A DNA stretch of 64,000 nt. It comes from an uncultured Gammaproteobacteria bacterium (GTDB lineage Bacteria; Patescibacteriota; Microgenomatia; Levybacterales; UBA12049). The notes under the pieces are model-generated. The model was not told where the DNA came from and made no database searches. It worked only from the letters and a program-made list of their open reading frames with translations. The stretch covers positions 968 through 64,967 of the forward strand of contig CAYQEJ010000002.1 in NCBI GenBank assembly GCA_964416505.1, in the 5' to 3' direction. Positions 1 through 8,372 of the stretch are shown piece after piece; within the stretch, counting starts at the first letter, position 1, and each line of letters begins with the position of its first letter. A program made the position numbers and the translations under genes.

Positions 1-278
1 TAGTAAGTAAAATTAAGAAATTAAAAAATGATGGAAATAAAGATCTTCAGGTCTATGGAAGCGGCAATTTTATTCAGACACTTCTAAAAAATGATTTGGT
101 GGATGAATTATGGCTTAAAATTTTTCCTCTTACGCTTGGAAATGGAAAAAAATTATTTGAAAAAGGAACAATCCCAGCAGGATTTAAACTAATAAATGCG
201 CAAGTTTCTCCAAGCGGAGTTATTTTTGCCAACTACAAACGCTCCGGTGAAATAAAAACAGGTAACATAGGCGAATAA
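1..278 (+). CDS. dihydrofolate-reductase-family protein (RibD C-terminal domain), 5'-partial at window edge
   Basis: Frame is open from the window edge to the stop at 276-278. The C-terminal sequence ...VYGSGNFIQTLLKNDLVDELWLKIFPLTLGNGKKLF... matches the RibD_C / DHFR-like fold signature. Confidence 0.5.
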   Translation, partial: VSKIKKLKNDGNKDLQVYGSGNFIQTLLKNDLVDELWLKIFPLTLGNGKKLFEKGTIPAGFKLINAQVSPSGVIFANYKRSGEIKTGNIGE

Positions 279-346
279 TAGCCTCTTTTACATCTATCCT
301 ACATTTTTCCAACATCAACATTACATTTTTTTGTCAGAATCAATTA

Positions 347-1048
347 ATGGAATCTGCTCAAACAGGAAATAGATGGTACGTGGACATAAAATTCATCGAA
401 CAGGGAGATATATATTTTTTTTATAAACCCAAGAAAGGCCTAGAAAAAATTTCAGGAAAAGATGACGTCGCAAGATTTTTCTTTGTACTGGACCCAGATG
501 GCACAAATCCTTCAAGATATATAGTTTTAGGCAATAAAAAAATGCCTGAACTTAAAGACGGAGGAAAAACAAATTGGGGATTTATTCAAATAGTAGGTGG
601 CAGAGGATTTAAAACATCAAATAAACCGAAGGCAACTGTTAAAAATGCATCTCGTCCTATTGGAGAAGGCATATATTCGATAATAAACCACAGAAACCAT
701 ACTCATCTTCTTTATTCTCTGGAGCTTCCTAAGAAAATCGGAGAAGTTCAAGAAGAATTTAGCATAAGAGAAGAGGGAAATTATATATTTATGGAACGCT
801 CTATAGAAAACTCTCCACGTACCATCGAAGAACCATTCTCAAATTTTTCTTCCGTTACTATAAAAAATCTAAATAGAAGAGGAACAGAAATATTATTAAT
901 AGGAGTTGGAGCAGATTTAGGTAGGCTTGGAGTTAAAGCTCAAAAGGATGATGAAGATATTGAAAGCGCCGATATATTTTCAAAGCTAGAATTAGATAAA
1001 AGAAGACATCCTACTTACTCACTTATTTCAGGAAAATGGGAACGATAG
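347..1048 (+). CDS. hypothetical protein (233 aa)
   Basis: Long ORF with no recognisable motifs. Coding-like composition. Confidence 0.4.
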   Translation: MESAQTGNRWYVDIKFIEQGDIYFFYKPKKGLEKISGKDDVARFFFVLDPDGTNPSRYIVLGNKKMPELKDGGKTNWGFIQIVGGRGFKTSNKPKATVKNASRPIGEGIYSIINHRNHTHLLYSLELPKKIGEVQEEFSIREEGNYIFMERSIENSPRTIEEPFSNFSSVTIKNLNRRGTEILLIGVGADLGRLGVKAQKDDEDIESADIFSKLELDKRRHPTYSLISGKWER

Positions 1049-1642
1049 TTACTTTCTTTTAGCTCGTGGCTTTCTTTTTGGGGCTGGACTTTCATTAACT
1101 ATTTCCTGTGTATTTGCTTTTGGTCTTGAAAAAAGATAAACAAGCGTAGTAGCGCCTACTCCTAATACCCATGCTGCTAGAGAATACAAAAGAACTATTT
1201 TTTCTCTTTTTTCAATCTCACTTAATGATCTTCCTGCCAAGATATATCCATCTTTGTACTTTATCATCACCACTGCGTTTCTAACGCCTTTTTTTGGTTC
1301 CCAGGTAAATCTGGATTCATTATTATTTTTTACTTTTTCAAAAGCTCCTGATGGGGGAGTCGGAACTTTTTTATCTAGTTGGACTGTACTTCCAGCTACT
1401 TTCTCTTTATTGTCATAAATAATCACAAAAGAGGAAAGTGTATTTGCCATATCTGAAGCTGTAAGAGAAAGTTGAGCTGGCTCTGCGCCCTCATTTAAGG
1501 ATTCTAAAACATCACGAACTATCTGGGTTTGAGGATCATCTGCGGAAAGCCTAAGGCTTTGTTGGGTTGAAGCATAAACTAGTCCACAAAAAAGTGTAAT
1601 TAAGAAAAAAGCTAATAAAAAATATAAATTTTTAGTCTTCAT
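1049..1642 (-). CDS. hypothetical N-terminally membrane-anchored/secreted protein
   Basis: Start moved to internal MKTKNLYFLLAFFLITLFCGLVYA, a signal/TM segment. The rest is hydrophilic. No family recognised. Confidence 0.45.
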   Translation of the reverse strand: MKTKNLYFLLAFFLITLFCGLVYASTQQSLRLSADDPQTQIVRDVLESLNEGAEPAQLSLTASDMANTLSSFVIIYDNKEKVAGSTVQLDKKVPTPPSGAFEKVKNNNESRFTWEPKKGVRNAVVMIKYKDGYILAGRSLSEIEKREKIVLLYSLAAWVLGVGATTLVYLFSRPKANTQEIVNESPAPKRKPRAKRK

Positions 1643-1756
1643 TAGAACTATTATATCATATGCATTTAGCCTCAAAATGATTGACTTTGCGACCAAAACT
1701 TGATACACTGCCGACTCTTAACTGCCAACTAGAAATAGTTGGCTTTTTAAGAATTT

Positions 1757-2416
1757 ATGGAACAAAGTTTACTAGCAGGCGTTCTAACGCTCTCCTTAGT
1801 ACTCCTCAATCCTTCTTCAGCGTCCTCCGCGCAATCATCTCAAATAACTGAGGTTAGAGAGGTGCGGGATTATACTGTAAATCAGGGAGAAAGTCTTTCT
1901 AGTATCGCTGAAAGGGAATATGGTTCAGTTGATTTTTGGACAAATATTTGGATTGAAAATCCTTGGATTCAGAATCCAGACAGCATAGAAAAAGATTGGG
2001 TAATTAAATTATCAAAAAACGAACCTGAAAGACCAGCAACTTTGAGCGCTGATCTCAAGGCAAAACTTACAAAACAACTTCCCCAAGTAGAAAAGTCAAA
2101 CATGTCTGGTAATGAGACTCAAACTCTACCTTCTCAATCAAATTATTCAGGCGGAGTCTTAAATGAAGCTCAAATGTCATTCTTGGGAAATTGTGAATCC
2201 GGAATGACGGCAACGAGAAATAGTGGAAATGGCTATTATGGCGCATTTCAGTTTTCATATGGAACATGGCAAAGAATGAACACAGGATACGAACGAGCAG
2301 ACTTAGCTCCTCTTGAAGTTCAAAAAGATGCTGTTCAGAGACTTTTGTCTAGATCAAGCATATTTACTCAATTTCCTGGTTGTGCAGGAAAAATGCAAAA
2401 CCTCGGCCTCTTATAA
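1757..2416 (+). CDS. secreted LysM-domain protein with Rpf-type transglycosylase-like domain
   Basis: N-terminal signal peptide. LysM block YTVNQGESLSSIAEREYGSVDFW...WVIKL. C-terminal CESGMTATRNSGNGYYGAFQFSYGTWQ closely resembles the resuscitation-promoting-factor transglycosylase-like domain. A TTGACT-N17-TACACT promoter lies upstream. Confidence 0.7.
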   Translation: MEQSLLAGVLTLSLVLLNPSSASSAQSSQITEVREVRDYTVNQGESLSSIAEREYGSVDFWTNIWIENPWIQNPDSIEKDWVIKLSKNEPERPATLSADLKAKLTKQLPQVEKSNMSGNETQTLPSQSNYSGGVLNEAQMSFLGNCESGMTATRNSGNGYYGAFQFSYGTWQRMNTGYERADLAPLEVQKDAVQRLLSRSSIFTQFPGCAGKMQNLGLL

Positions 2417-2473
2417 CACCAAATTACTATAGTTCGTTGACTATACCGGGGGAGGTTGCTAGTATATTTATTC

Positions 2474-3241
2474 ATGGGAGGGATAGTAGCAGGAGCTATG
2501 TTTCTTTTATCGGTTTTAACGCCGATTAGTAAGTCGTCTCATCATGAGACTGCTCATATAAGCCCCTCAAAAGCCCCAACTCCCACGCCCACACAAATTC
2601 CCAAACCAACAGAAAAAATTTATAAAGTAGAATCTGGAGATACTTTATTTACTATCGCTGAAGAAAAACTTGGTGGGCAAAAATACTGGATAAATCTATG
2701 GAATCATAATGATTGGATTGAAGATCCAAGACTCATAAGAAGCGGTTGGGAACTTAAAATCCCTATTTCCAAACCAACCGAAGTTGAAAAACCATTAGAA
2801 AAACTCTCTACTATATATAAAGAGATAACTGATCCAAGTCCCACTCCTTCTCCGGAACCCATCAAAGAAGTGGCAGGAGTTACGGCTCCAGCGGGTTCAT
2901 TTGAAAACATATATAAAGAAGCTGGTTCTAAATATGGAGTGCCTTGGGAAATTCTTTATGGACTCCATTTAACCGAAACAGGTCTTAGGGATGGAGCAAT
3001 TTCTAGCGGTTATGGAACCGGTGCGCAGGGACCTATGCAATTCATGCCTGGAACGTGGTCGCTTTATGGAGTTGACGGAAATGGTGATGGCATAAGCGAT
3101 ATAAATAACGCTTCGGATGCTATATATGGAGCTGCAAACTACTTAGCAGCGCATGGCGGAGTAGACCTAGGGCTTAAATCATATGGAGGAGACACACAGA
3201 GCATCCTGAACGCCGCCCGTTCCCGCGGTTGGAGTCAGTAA
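2474..3241 (+). CDS. membrane-anchored LysM + lytic transglycosylase (MltB/SLT-like) protein
   Basis: TM anchor, Pro/Thr linker, LysM (YKVESGDTLFTIAEEKLGGQKYW...WELKIP), then GVPWEILYGLHLTETG...GAQGPMQFMPGTW...AANYL lytic transglycosylase motifs. ATG at 2474 sits 8 nt after TAGTAT of a TTGACT-N17-TAGTAT promoter, suggesting a leaderless start. The upstream TTG at 2456 was rejected as start. Confidence 0.65.
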   Translation: MGGIVAGAMFLLSVLTPISKSSHHETAHISPSKAPTPTPTQIPKPTEKIYKVESGDTLFTIAEEKLGGQKYWINLWNHNDWIEDPRLIRSGWELKIPISKPTEVEKPLEKLSTIYKEITDPSPTPSPEPIKEVAGVTAPAGSFENIYKEAGSKYGVPWEILYGLHLTETGLRDGAISSGYGTGAQGPMQFMPGTWSLYGVDGNGDGISDINNASDAIYGAANYLAAHGGVDLGLKSYGGDTQSILNAARSRGWSQ

Positions 3242-3242
3242 T

Positions 3243-3620
3243 TTAACTTCGGCTCAATGCTATTTCAACTGCTGCGCTTAGCAAATTATATCTTCTGAGA
3301 TCTTGTTCGCGCTCAAGTATTAGCTCACGACTTCTTTCAATTCCAACCATAAGAGGTGCTCTTCCTTGAAACTGCGCTCTAGTAAAATCTATTTCCCCAT
3401 CAGGCAACCTATTCCAGTAGTGAGATCTCAAATATTCAAAATCTGTTCCTTTAAGAGTAGCTCTTAGAATATCTCCTCCAAAGTAGTCCTGGGCTACCAC
3501 AGATGCCACTGCGCAATGACCAAGCATTGGATTTTCTGGAGTCCATAATTCAGGCGCTGAAGATGTTTCCCTGGCTACACTCACAGCTAAAGCGGTCTTA
3601 AATGCTTCTCTACTTATCAT
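3243..3620 (-). CDS. hypothetical conserved protein (125 aa)
   Basis: The ORF track's N-terminus overlaps tRNA-Gly. Start moved to the internal Met (MISREAFK...). No family assigned. Confidence 0.4.
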   Translation of the reverse strand: MISREAFKTALAVSVARETSSAPELWTPENPMLGHCAVASVVAQDYFGGDILRATLKGTDFEYLRSHYWNRLPDGEIDFTRAQFQGRAPLMVGIERSRELILEREQDLRRYNLLSAAVEIALSRS

Positions 3621-3633
3621 AGATGGGGCGGTG

Positions 3634-3705
3634 AGCGGATGACCGGATTCGAACCGGCGACCTTCTCGTTGGCAACGAGACATTCTACCACTGAACTACA
3701 TCCGC
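3634..3705 (-). tRNA. tRNA-Gly (anticodon GCC)
   Basis: The reverse complement folds as GCGGATG/CATCCGC acceptor, D-arm AGTTCAGTGGTAGAA, anticodon stem-loop CTCGT-TTGCCAA-ACGAG, T-arm GCCGGTTCGAATCCGGT. CCA is not encoded. Confidence 0.85.
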
Positions 3706-3809
3706 GCTTTGCAAGTATAGCAAAATAGCCTCAACTACTCAATTATCAAATAGTTTGAACTACTTTGTTCGGTTGACAGATTCCGTCTAAAAATGCCAAA
3801 ATAAGTTTC

Positions 3810-4382
3810 ATGAAAAAACTCGCTGTCCTTGGAGGTTTTTTTCTAGGTACTCCTCTTTTCCTTTTCCTAACACTTTCTTATCTTTTGCAAATCTCCTCTC
3901 TTAAGGGAAGTGGTGCAGTTCTATCCGAAAGCACTCAAGGAATTGCTTATGCAGCTCTTCCTCCAAACGACAATACTATCGAGGGAACAGTCGTTCAGGA
4001 AGATTCCAAAGTTGAGATCGTAAGACAATTTTTAGCTAAATATGATTCACCCTTAGCTGAATATGCTCCAGATATAATTGCTGCATCCAATCGATATGAT
4101 ATAGATTACAGATTGCTACCAGCCATAGCTATGCAAGAATCTATTGGCTGCAAGAGAATAATAAAAGATTCAAATAATTGCTGGGGTTGGGGAATCTATG
4201 GAGGAAAAGTTACTAAATTCAACAATTTTCCAGAGGCTATAGAAACAATTACAAAAACTCTCTCTACGAAATACAGAGACCATGGACTAGTAACTCCATT
4301 TGAAATAGCCAAACTTTATAATCCCCGAAATACAAATAACTGGGCTGAGAACGTTTCTCATTTTATGAACCTCCAAAAGTAA
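3810..4382 (+). CDS. secreted peptidoglycan-hydrolase-like protein (glucosaminidase-like domain), paralog 1
   Basis: Signal/TM N-terminus. Conserved block FLAKYDSPLAEYAPDIIAASNRYDIDYRLLPAIAMQESIGCK...NCWGWGIYGG shared with the downstream paralog. Family assignment is tentative. Confidence 0.45.
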   Translation: MKKLAVLGGFFLGTPLFLFLTLSYLLQISSLKGSGAVLSESTQGIAYAALPPNDNTIEGTVVQEDSKVEIVRQFLAKYDSPLAEYAPDIIAASNRYDIDYRLLPAIAMQESIGCKRIIKDSNNCWGWGIYGGKVTKFNNFPEAIETITKTLSTKYRDHGLVTPFEIAKLYNPRNTNNWAENVSHFMNLQK

Positions 4383-4523
4383 TCCTATAGTTGGGTATTG
4401 ACAAATCCTATAGTCTTTGATATACTTCGCAATTAGATCCTAAGGTGCGCCTTTCCAAATGCTCACGTTAGGATTTTTTTTGGCCTAAAAACTTAGAAAC
4501 CCTTTTTAAGTAGGCCAAAAAAT

Positions 4524-5072
4524 ATGAAAAAAATCCTAACAATTTCACTAGCTGTAGTTATGCTTTTAATAGGCACTGGGAAATCTTATGCTTATGAAGC
4601 ATCAGCCTCGTCTGCAAAGCTACAACCTACAATAGTGAGTAAACCATACGACAATAGAGCAGAAGTACTCAGGGGGTTCTTAGAATCTTACGATTCACCT
4701 CTTGCTCCTTATGCCGGAGAATTTGTCTATTATGCAGATAAATACAATCTTGATTGGAGATTAGTTGCATCAATTGCAGGCCTTGAATCAACTTTTGGTA
4801 AAAGAATTCCTTACAACTCATATAACGGATGGGGATGGGGTATTTACGGAGATAATATGATCAGATTTAATTCTTGGTCTGAAGGAATCGAAACAATTTC
4901 AAAGGGAATTCGTGATAGATACCTTAAAGAAGGACAATATTCAGATCCATATGTAATTGGCCCAACTTATGCTGCTTCTCCTACATGGGCAGTTAGAGTA
5001 ACATTTTTCATGAATAAAATGGAGCAGTATAGAATAAAAAACGGTAAATCTACCCTTGCCCTTGCTCTATAA
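4524..5072 (+). CDS. secreted peptidoglycan-hydrolase-like protein, paralog 2 (tandem duplicate of 3810-4382)
   Basis: Signal peptide. FLESYDSPLAPYAGEFVYYADKYNLDWRLVASIAGLESTFGK...NGWGWGIYGD is collinear with paralog 1. Confidence 0.45.
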   Translation: MKKILTISLAVVMLLIGTGKSYAYEASASSAKLQPTIVSKPYDNRAEVLRGFLESYDSPLAPYAGEFVYYADKYNLDWRLVASIAGLESTFGKRIPYNSYNGWGWGIYGDNMIRFNSWSEGIETISKGIRDRYLKEGQYSDPYVIGPTYAASPTWAVRVTFFMNKMEQYRIKNGKSTLALAL

Positions 5073-5206
5073 AGCTTGTCCGCAATTTTTAAATAAGTTA
5101 TAATCAAGCATAGAAATTGTGCGAAATCGTTGGCTTTTGAGCTCCGATTTTGCAGTCCCTAAAGGAAAATCGTTGGGAAAAACGCGAGTTTTGTCCCACA
5201 TGACGG

Positions 5207-5290
5207 GCGGATGTGGTGGAATGGTAGACACGCAAGGTTTAGGACCTTGTGCCGTTAAAAGCATGGGGGTTCGAGTCCTCTCATCCGCAC
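5207..5290 (+). tRNA. tRNA-Leu (anticodon TAG)
   Basis: GCGGATG acceptor, GTGGAATGGTAGACAC D-arm, anticodon loop TTTAGGA, long variable arm, GGGGGTTCGAGTCCTCT T-arm, CATCCGC-A 3' end. Confidence 0.85.
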
Positions 5291-5347
5291 TCTTATACTA
5301 CTTGCTTATTTTTAGATAACACGCTAGAATTATAGGCCTAAGTTTAT

Positions 5348-6238
5348 ATGGCAACAAAATCTAAAAAACAAATTAAAAAAGTTGAACCTGTCGCTTCAGA
5401 AAAGGCGGAAAAAGTTGAACCCTTTAAAAAAGGGACTGACGGGACAATTGAATTAAGACTTATTCTTCCATGGGATTTAGTTAAGAAAACCCAAGAAGTT
5501 GTTATGGAAGAAATGTCAAAAGGAGTAACGCTTCCTGGATTCCGAAAAGGAAAAGCCCCAAAAAAATTAGTTGAAGAATCTCTCAATAAATCTAGAGTAA
5601 GAGATGAAGTAATTAGACATTTACTTCCACAAGCATATGCAGAAGCTGTAAAAACCAATAACATAAAACCAATCATTGATCCAAATATTCATGTAGATGA
5701 AGCTCTTGTGGACGGAAAAGACTGGGAATTTCACGCTCTAACTTGCGAAGCTCCAGTTATTGATCTTAAAAATTACAAAGAAGTTGTGGGTAAAATAACA
5801 GCAAAAAGCAAAATTGTTGTGCCTGGGAAGGAATCTGAAGCTCCAAAATTTGAAGAAATCATTAATGCACTTCTGGAAACAGTTGATGTAAATATTCCAA
5901 ATGTATTAGTTGAAAGAGAAGCAGATAGACTTTTGTCTCAAACTCTTGATGAAATTAAAAAGCTAGGAATGACACTTGATCAATATTTAGCTTCAACAAA
6001 AAAGACAGCAGAGCAAATAAGAGCTGACTATTCCCAAAAAGCTATAAGAGATTTGAAGCTTGAATTTATACTTCAAAAAGTTGCGGAAACTGAAAAAATA
6101 TCCGTAGATGATGCTGAAATAAATAAAACTATTGAAAATGCAAAGCCAGAAGAAAAACAAAGTTTAGCAGCAAACAAATACCTTCTTGCCTCTATAATCA
6201 GGCAGCAAAAAACGCTTGATTTCTTGAAGAACCTGTGA
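5348..6238 (+). CDS. tig: trigger factor (short form, no PPIase domain)
   Basis: N-terminal ribosome-binding domain with the GFRKGKAP signature, then a C-terminal arm-domain-like region. 296 aa versus ~430 typical. Confidence 0.65.
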   Translation: MATKSKKQIKKVEPVASEKAEKVEPFKKGTDGTIELRLILPWDLVKKTQEVVMEEMSKGVTLPGFRKGKAPKKLVEESLNKSRVRDEVIRHLLPQAYAEAVKTNNIKPIIDPNIHVDEALVDGKDWEFHALTCEAPVIDLKNYKEVVGKITAKSKIVVPGKESEAPKFEEIINALLETVDVNIPNVLVEREADRLLSQTLDEIKKLGMTLDQYLASTKKTAEQIRADYSQKAIRDLKLEFILQKVAETEKISVDDAEINKTIENAKPEEKQSLAANKYLLASIIRQQKTLDFLKNL

Positions 6239-6246
6239 TAAATTAG

Positions 6247-6894
6247 GTGCGATTTATGCAACATTCAAAGCTAAAAAGCGGCAAAAAAGAGCCGAAACAA
6301 TATATCACCGAAAATCCTTTTGAATCCCTTTTGGGAGTAGGAAAAGGCGTAGTTGATTCACTAAAAGAGCAGGCTGGAAAAGACGCTGTATACGATGCCT
6401 GGGATTCAATTATAAATAAAGCTCCAAGAACACACGAAGGCCATGGCGAGCAGGAAATGCATGCTGGTGAGGAAGTAGACATAAACAATCATGAAAAAAA
6501 TACGCACAAGGAAGCTGGCAACAATTATCATAGAGACATTATTCATACATCTGAGAGAAGCGCCTCCTATGAAAGCCGGGAAGTAGCTGTTAAGGTACAG
6601 GAAATTCTTATTGAAATTAAACAGCTCGCCAACAGCTCAGCTATGCTTAAGAAAAAGATCGATGTTGTGGCTATCGAGCAAATGGGAGAAAATCCCGGAA
6701 AATATCAACTCAATTTCTTGGAGCAAATGCTTACATGGATAAGAGAAGCCAGAATGACCGTAGAGGATTCTTTGGCATGGTTTAGCGCACTTAGAAGCAA
6801 GAAAGCAGCACGCCAGTATGGTTCACTTGCTAAAAAACACGGTGCATCATTTATGCTTTCAGGCGAACGCGCACCAGTTACACAAACAGGCTAA
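6247..6894 (+). CDS. hypothetical protein (215 aa)
   Basis: ORF with charged N-terminus. No motif recognised. Confidence 0.4.
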   Translation: MRFMQHSKLKSGKKEPKQYITENPFESLLGVGKGVVDSLKEQAGKDAVYDAWDSIINKAPRTHEGHGEQEMHAGEEVDINNHEKNTHKEAGNNYHRDIIHTSERSASYESREVAVKVQEILIEIKQLANSSAMLKKKIDVVAIEQMGENPGKYQLNFLEQMLTWIREARMTVEDSLAWFSALRSKKAARQYGSLAKKHGASFMLSGERAPVTQTG

Positions 6895-6938
6895 TTTTCT
6901 TATTGACTGATTAAGTAATAATTGGTAATATTTTATTT

Positions 6939-7056
6939 ATGCAAAAAATTAAAAATCTTATTCTCGTCATTCTTAACTCCTTGAAGGGAGGGAAGTCTGA
7001 CGCGTAAATAAGATAGATACGCAAAAAGACAAGCCTCCCAAACGGGAGGTTTTTTT
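6939..7056 (+). promoter_or_regulatory. leader-peptide + terminator module, copy 1 (candidate attenuator)
   Basis: A TTGACT-N17-TAATAT promoter lies at 6902-6930. A 22-codon ORF MQKIKNLILVILNSLKGGKSDA* (6939-7007) is rich in Ile/Leu/Val. An upstream GGGAGGG could pair with the CCTCCC arm of the downstream terminator GCCTCCC-AAAC-GGGAGGT-T7 (7033-7056). Confidence 0.35.
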
Positions 7057-7069
7057 GTGGTTAAAAATT

Positions 7070-7429
7070 ATGAGAGACATATACGATTCATCAATACATC
7101 ATGCAATAAAAGGTCCGGTTCCTCCTGCTCTTTGGAGAAGTTATGAAATAGGAGATAACGGCAGAGCTGAAATTTACACTCTTGGAGATACGCTTATTAC
7201 CAAAGAAACCCGATTTGTAGGCAGTGAAAGGAGACCAAGTTTTAGGTTCGAAGTAGACGGAGGTACTTTAAAGGATAAATTATCAGCTGCTAATTGGCTA
7301 GCTGAAAGTATTGCGAGAGACAAAGATAGATATAGAATTTCTCAGCCTGGAACTCAGGTTTTCCCAGATAGAGTTGTTTTCAAATCAGGAACATATTTAG
7401 AAGACACTACAGAAGGGGGAGGTGAGTAG
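7070..7429 (+). CDS. hypothetical protein
   Basis: ORF directly after the terminator. ATG at 7070 (MRDIY...). Locally elevated GC. Confidence 0.4.
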   Translation: MRDIYDSSIHHAIKGPVPPALWRSYEIGDNGRAEIYTLGDTLITKETRFVGSERRPSFRFEVDGGTLKDKLSAANWLAESIARDKDRYRISQPGTQVFPDRVVFKSGTYLEDTTEGGGE

Positions 7430-7431
7430 TT

Positions 7432-7641
7432 ATGGAAGGAAATAGAAGATTTGGACAAGACCCAGGATTTAGCGGTGGACCGGGATTCGAAAGGCCTCGG
7501 CCAAAACAACCATTTGCTGGAGATTTAACGATCGGTCCAAACGGAAGAGTAATTCAGCAAGGGCAGGAAAGAAGATCCAGTGGTCCCGTACCCGGAACGT
7601 CAGCCAGAAAACACAGAACATCTGGCCAGCGCGGCAGATAA
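7432..7641 (+). CDS. hypothetical small basic Gly/Pro/Arg-rich protein
   Basis: 69-aa ORF starting 3 nt after the previous stop. GC about 48%. Confidence 0.3.
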   Translation: MEGNRRFGQDPGFSGGPGFERPRPKQPFAGDLTIGPNGRVIQQGQERRSSGPVPGTSARKHRTSGQRGR

Positions 7642-7671
7642 ATATTTTATTAAAAAAGGAGGTGATTAATT

Positions 7672-7899
7672 ATGACACAAAGAACAGTTTTTAGTAGATT
7701 ACAAAGCGTTGCAGAACATCGCGAAGCCCAAGCATTGGGAGTGCAAAGTGCTCATTTAGGAGAAGCAGTATTGCCACCTGCAAATTACTTAAGAGGTCCT
7801 TATTTGGACCAAATAGCAAGAACACATCCCGAAAGACACGAACAAGCAACTCAATTAGTTGAAAAAGTGGTTGGTGGATCCAGGGAAAGAATGGGCTAG
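7672..7899 (+). CDS. hypothetical protein
   Basis: Consensus RBS AAAGGAGGTG, 7 nt spacer, then ATG. Confidence 0.45.
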   Translation: MTQRTVFSRLQSVAEHREAQALGVQSAHLGEAVLPPANYLRGPYLDQIARTHPERHEQATQLVEKVVGGSRERMG

Positions 7900-7934
7900 A
7901 AAAAAATTTTTAAAAAGGAGGTGTATTAACATAG

Positions 7935-8198
7935 TCAAAAGAATTTTTAGATCCAATAAATCAACTTAATAAGGCTAGAACAAATGAGGAGATTAGAGAT
8001 GCTCTCGGTGCAATAAAAGAAGGCAGAAATTCTCTTTATAACCTAGTAGATATTTCCTATGAAATTTTACTAGAGCAGGAACAAATTGAAGTTGAGGTTC
8101 CAGCATATGGAACTCATCCACAGAGAAAAAGATACGCAAGTGGTTTTCCTAAAGGTGAATGGAATCATAATTTTGGAGTAGATAAAGCCAAAGAATAA
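7935..8198 (+). CDS. 88-codon ORF lacking a canonical start (possible frameshifted gene or pseudogene)
   Basis: Consensus RBS GGAGGTG (7917-7923) has the same spacing as the upstream gene but points at ATAG (7931-7934). The coding-like open frame SKEFLDPINQLNKARTNEEIRDALGAIKEGRNS...GVDKAKE* begins right after that TAG. Deleting one base would give ATG TCA. Confidence 0.3.
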   Translation, partial: SKEFLDPINQLNKARTNEEIRDALGAIKEGRNSLYNLVDISYEILLEQEQIEVEVPAYGTHPQRKRYASGFPKGEWNHNFGVDKAKE

Positions 8199-8205
8199 TA
8201 GTTTG

Positions 8206-8279
8206 TGGGCCCGACAAGAGTCGAACTTGTGACCTTTACAATGTCAATGTAACGCTCTAACCAACTGAGCTACGAGCCC
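8206..8279 (-). tRNA. tRNA-Val (anticodon GAC)
   Basis: Reverse complement GGGCTCGTAGCTCAGTTGGTTAGAGCGTTACATTGACATTGTAAAGGTCACAAGTTCGACTCTTGTCGGGCCCA forms a cloverleaf with anticodon loop TTGACAT. Confidence 0.85.
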
Positions 8280-8372
8280 GATGCGCTTATTTTAACAGAA
8301 TGGTATCCTAGGTTCAATTATATATCCTAGAGTATTTGACCTGAAGCTAAAACTAAGCTATAATTCTGCGCT

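Noticed and set aside
3621-3683. N-terminal 21 codons of the 3243-3683 minus-strand ORF
   Set aside because: They overlap tRNA-Gly(GCC) at 3634-3705. The start was moved to the internal Met at 3620.
5067-5319. Two overlapping >60-aa ORFs (5067-5264 minus, 5119-5319 plus) in the tig upstream spacer
   Set aside because: Both are fully occupied by a well-formed tRNA-Leu(TAG) (5207-5290). Their sequences are low-complexity shadows of the tRNA.
8280-8372. Direct repeat TATCCTAGG...ATATCCTAGAG upstream of the 8373 gene, a possible att site next to tRNA-Val
   Set aside because: No matching copy of the tRNA-Val 3' end was found near the other island boundary (~7050). Evidence for tRNA-targeted integration is incomplete, so it is not called.
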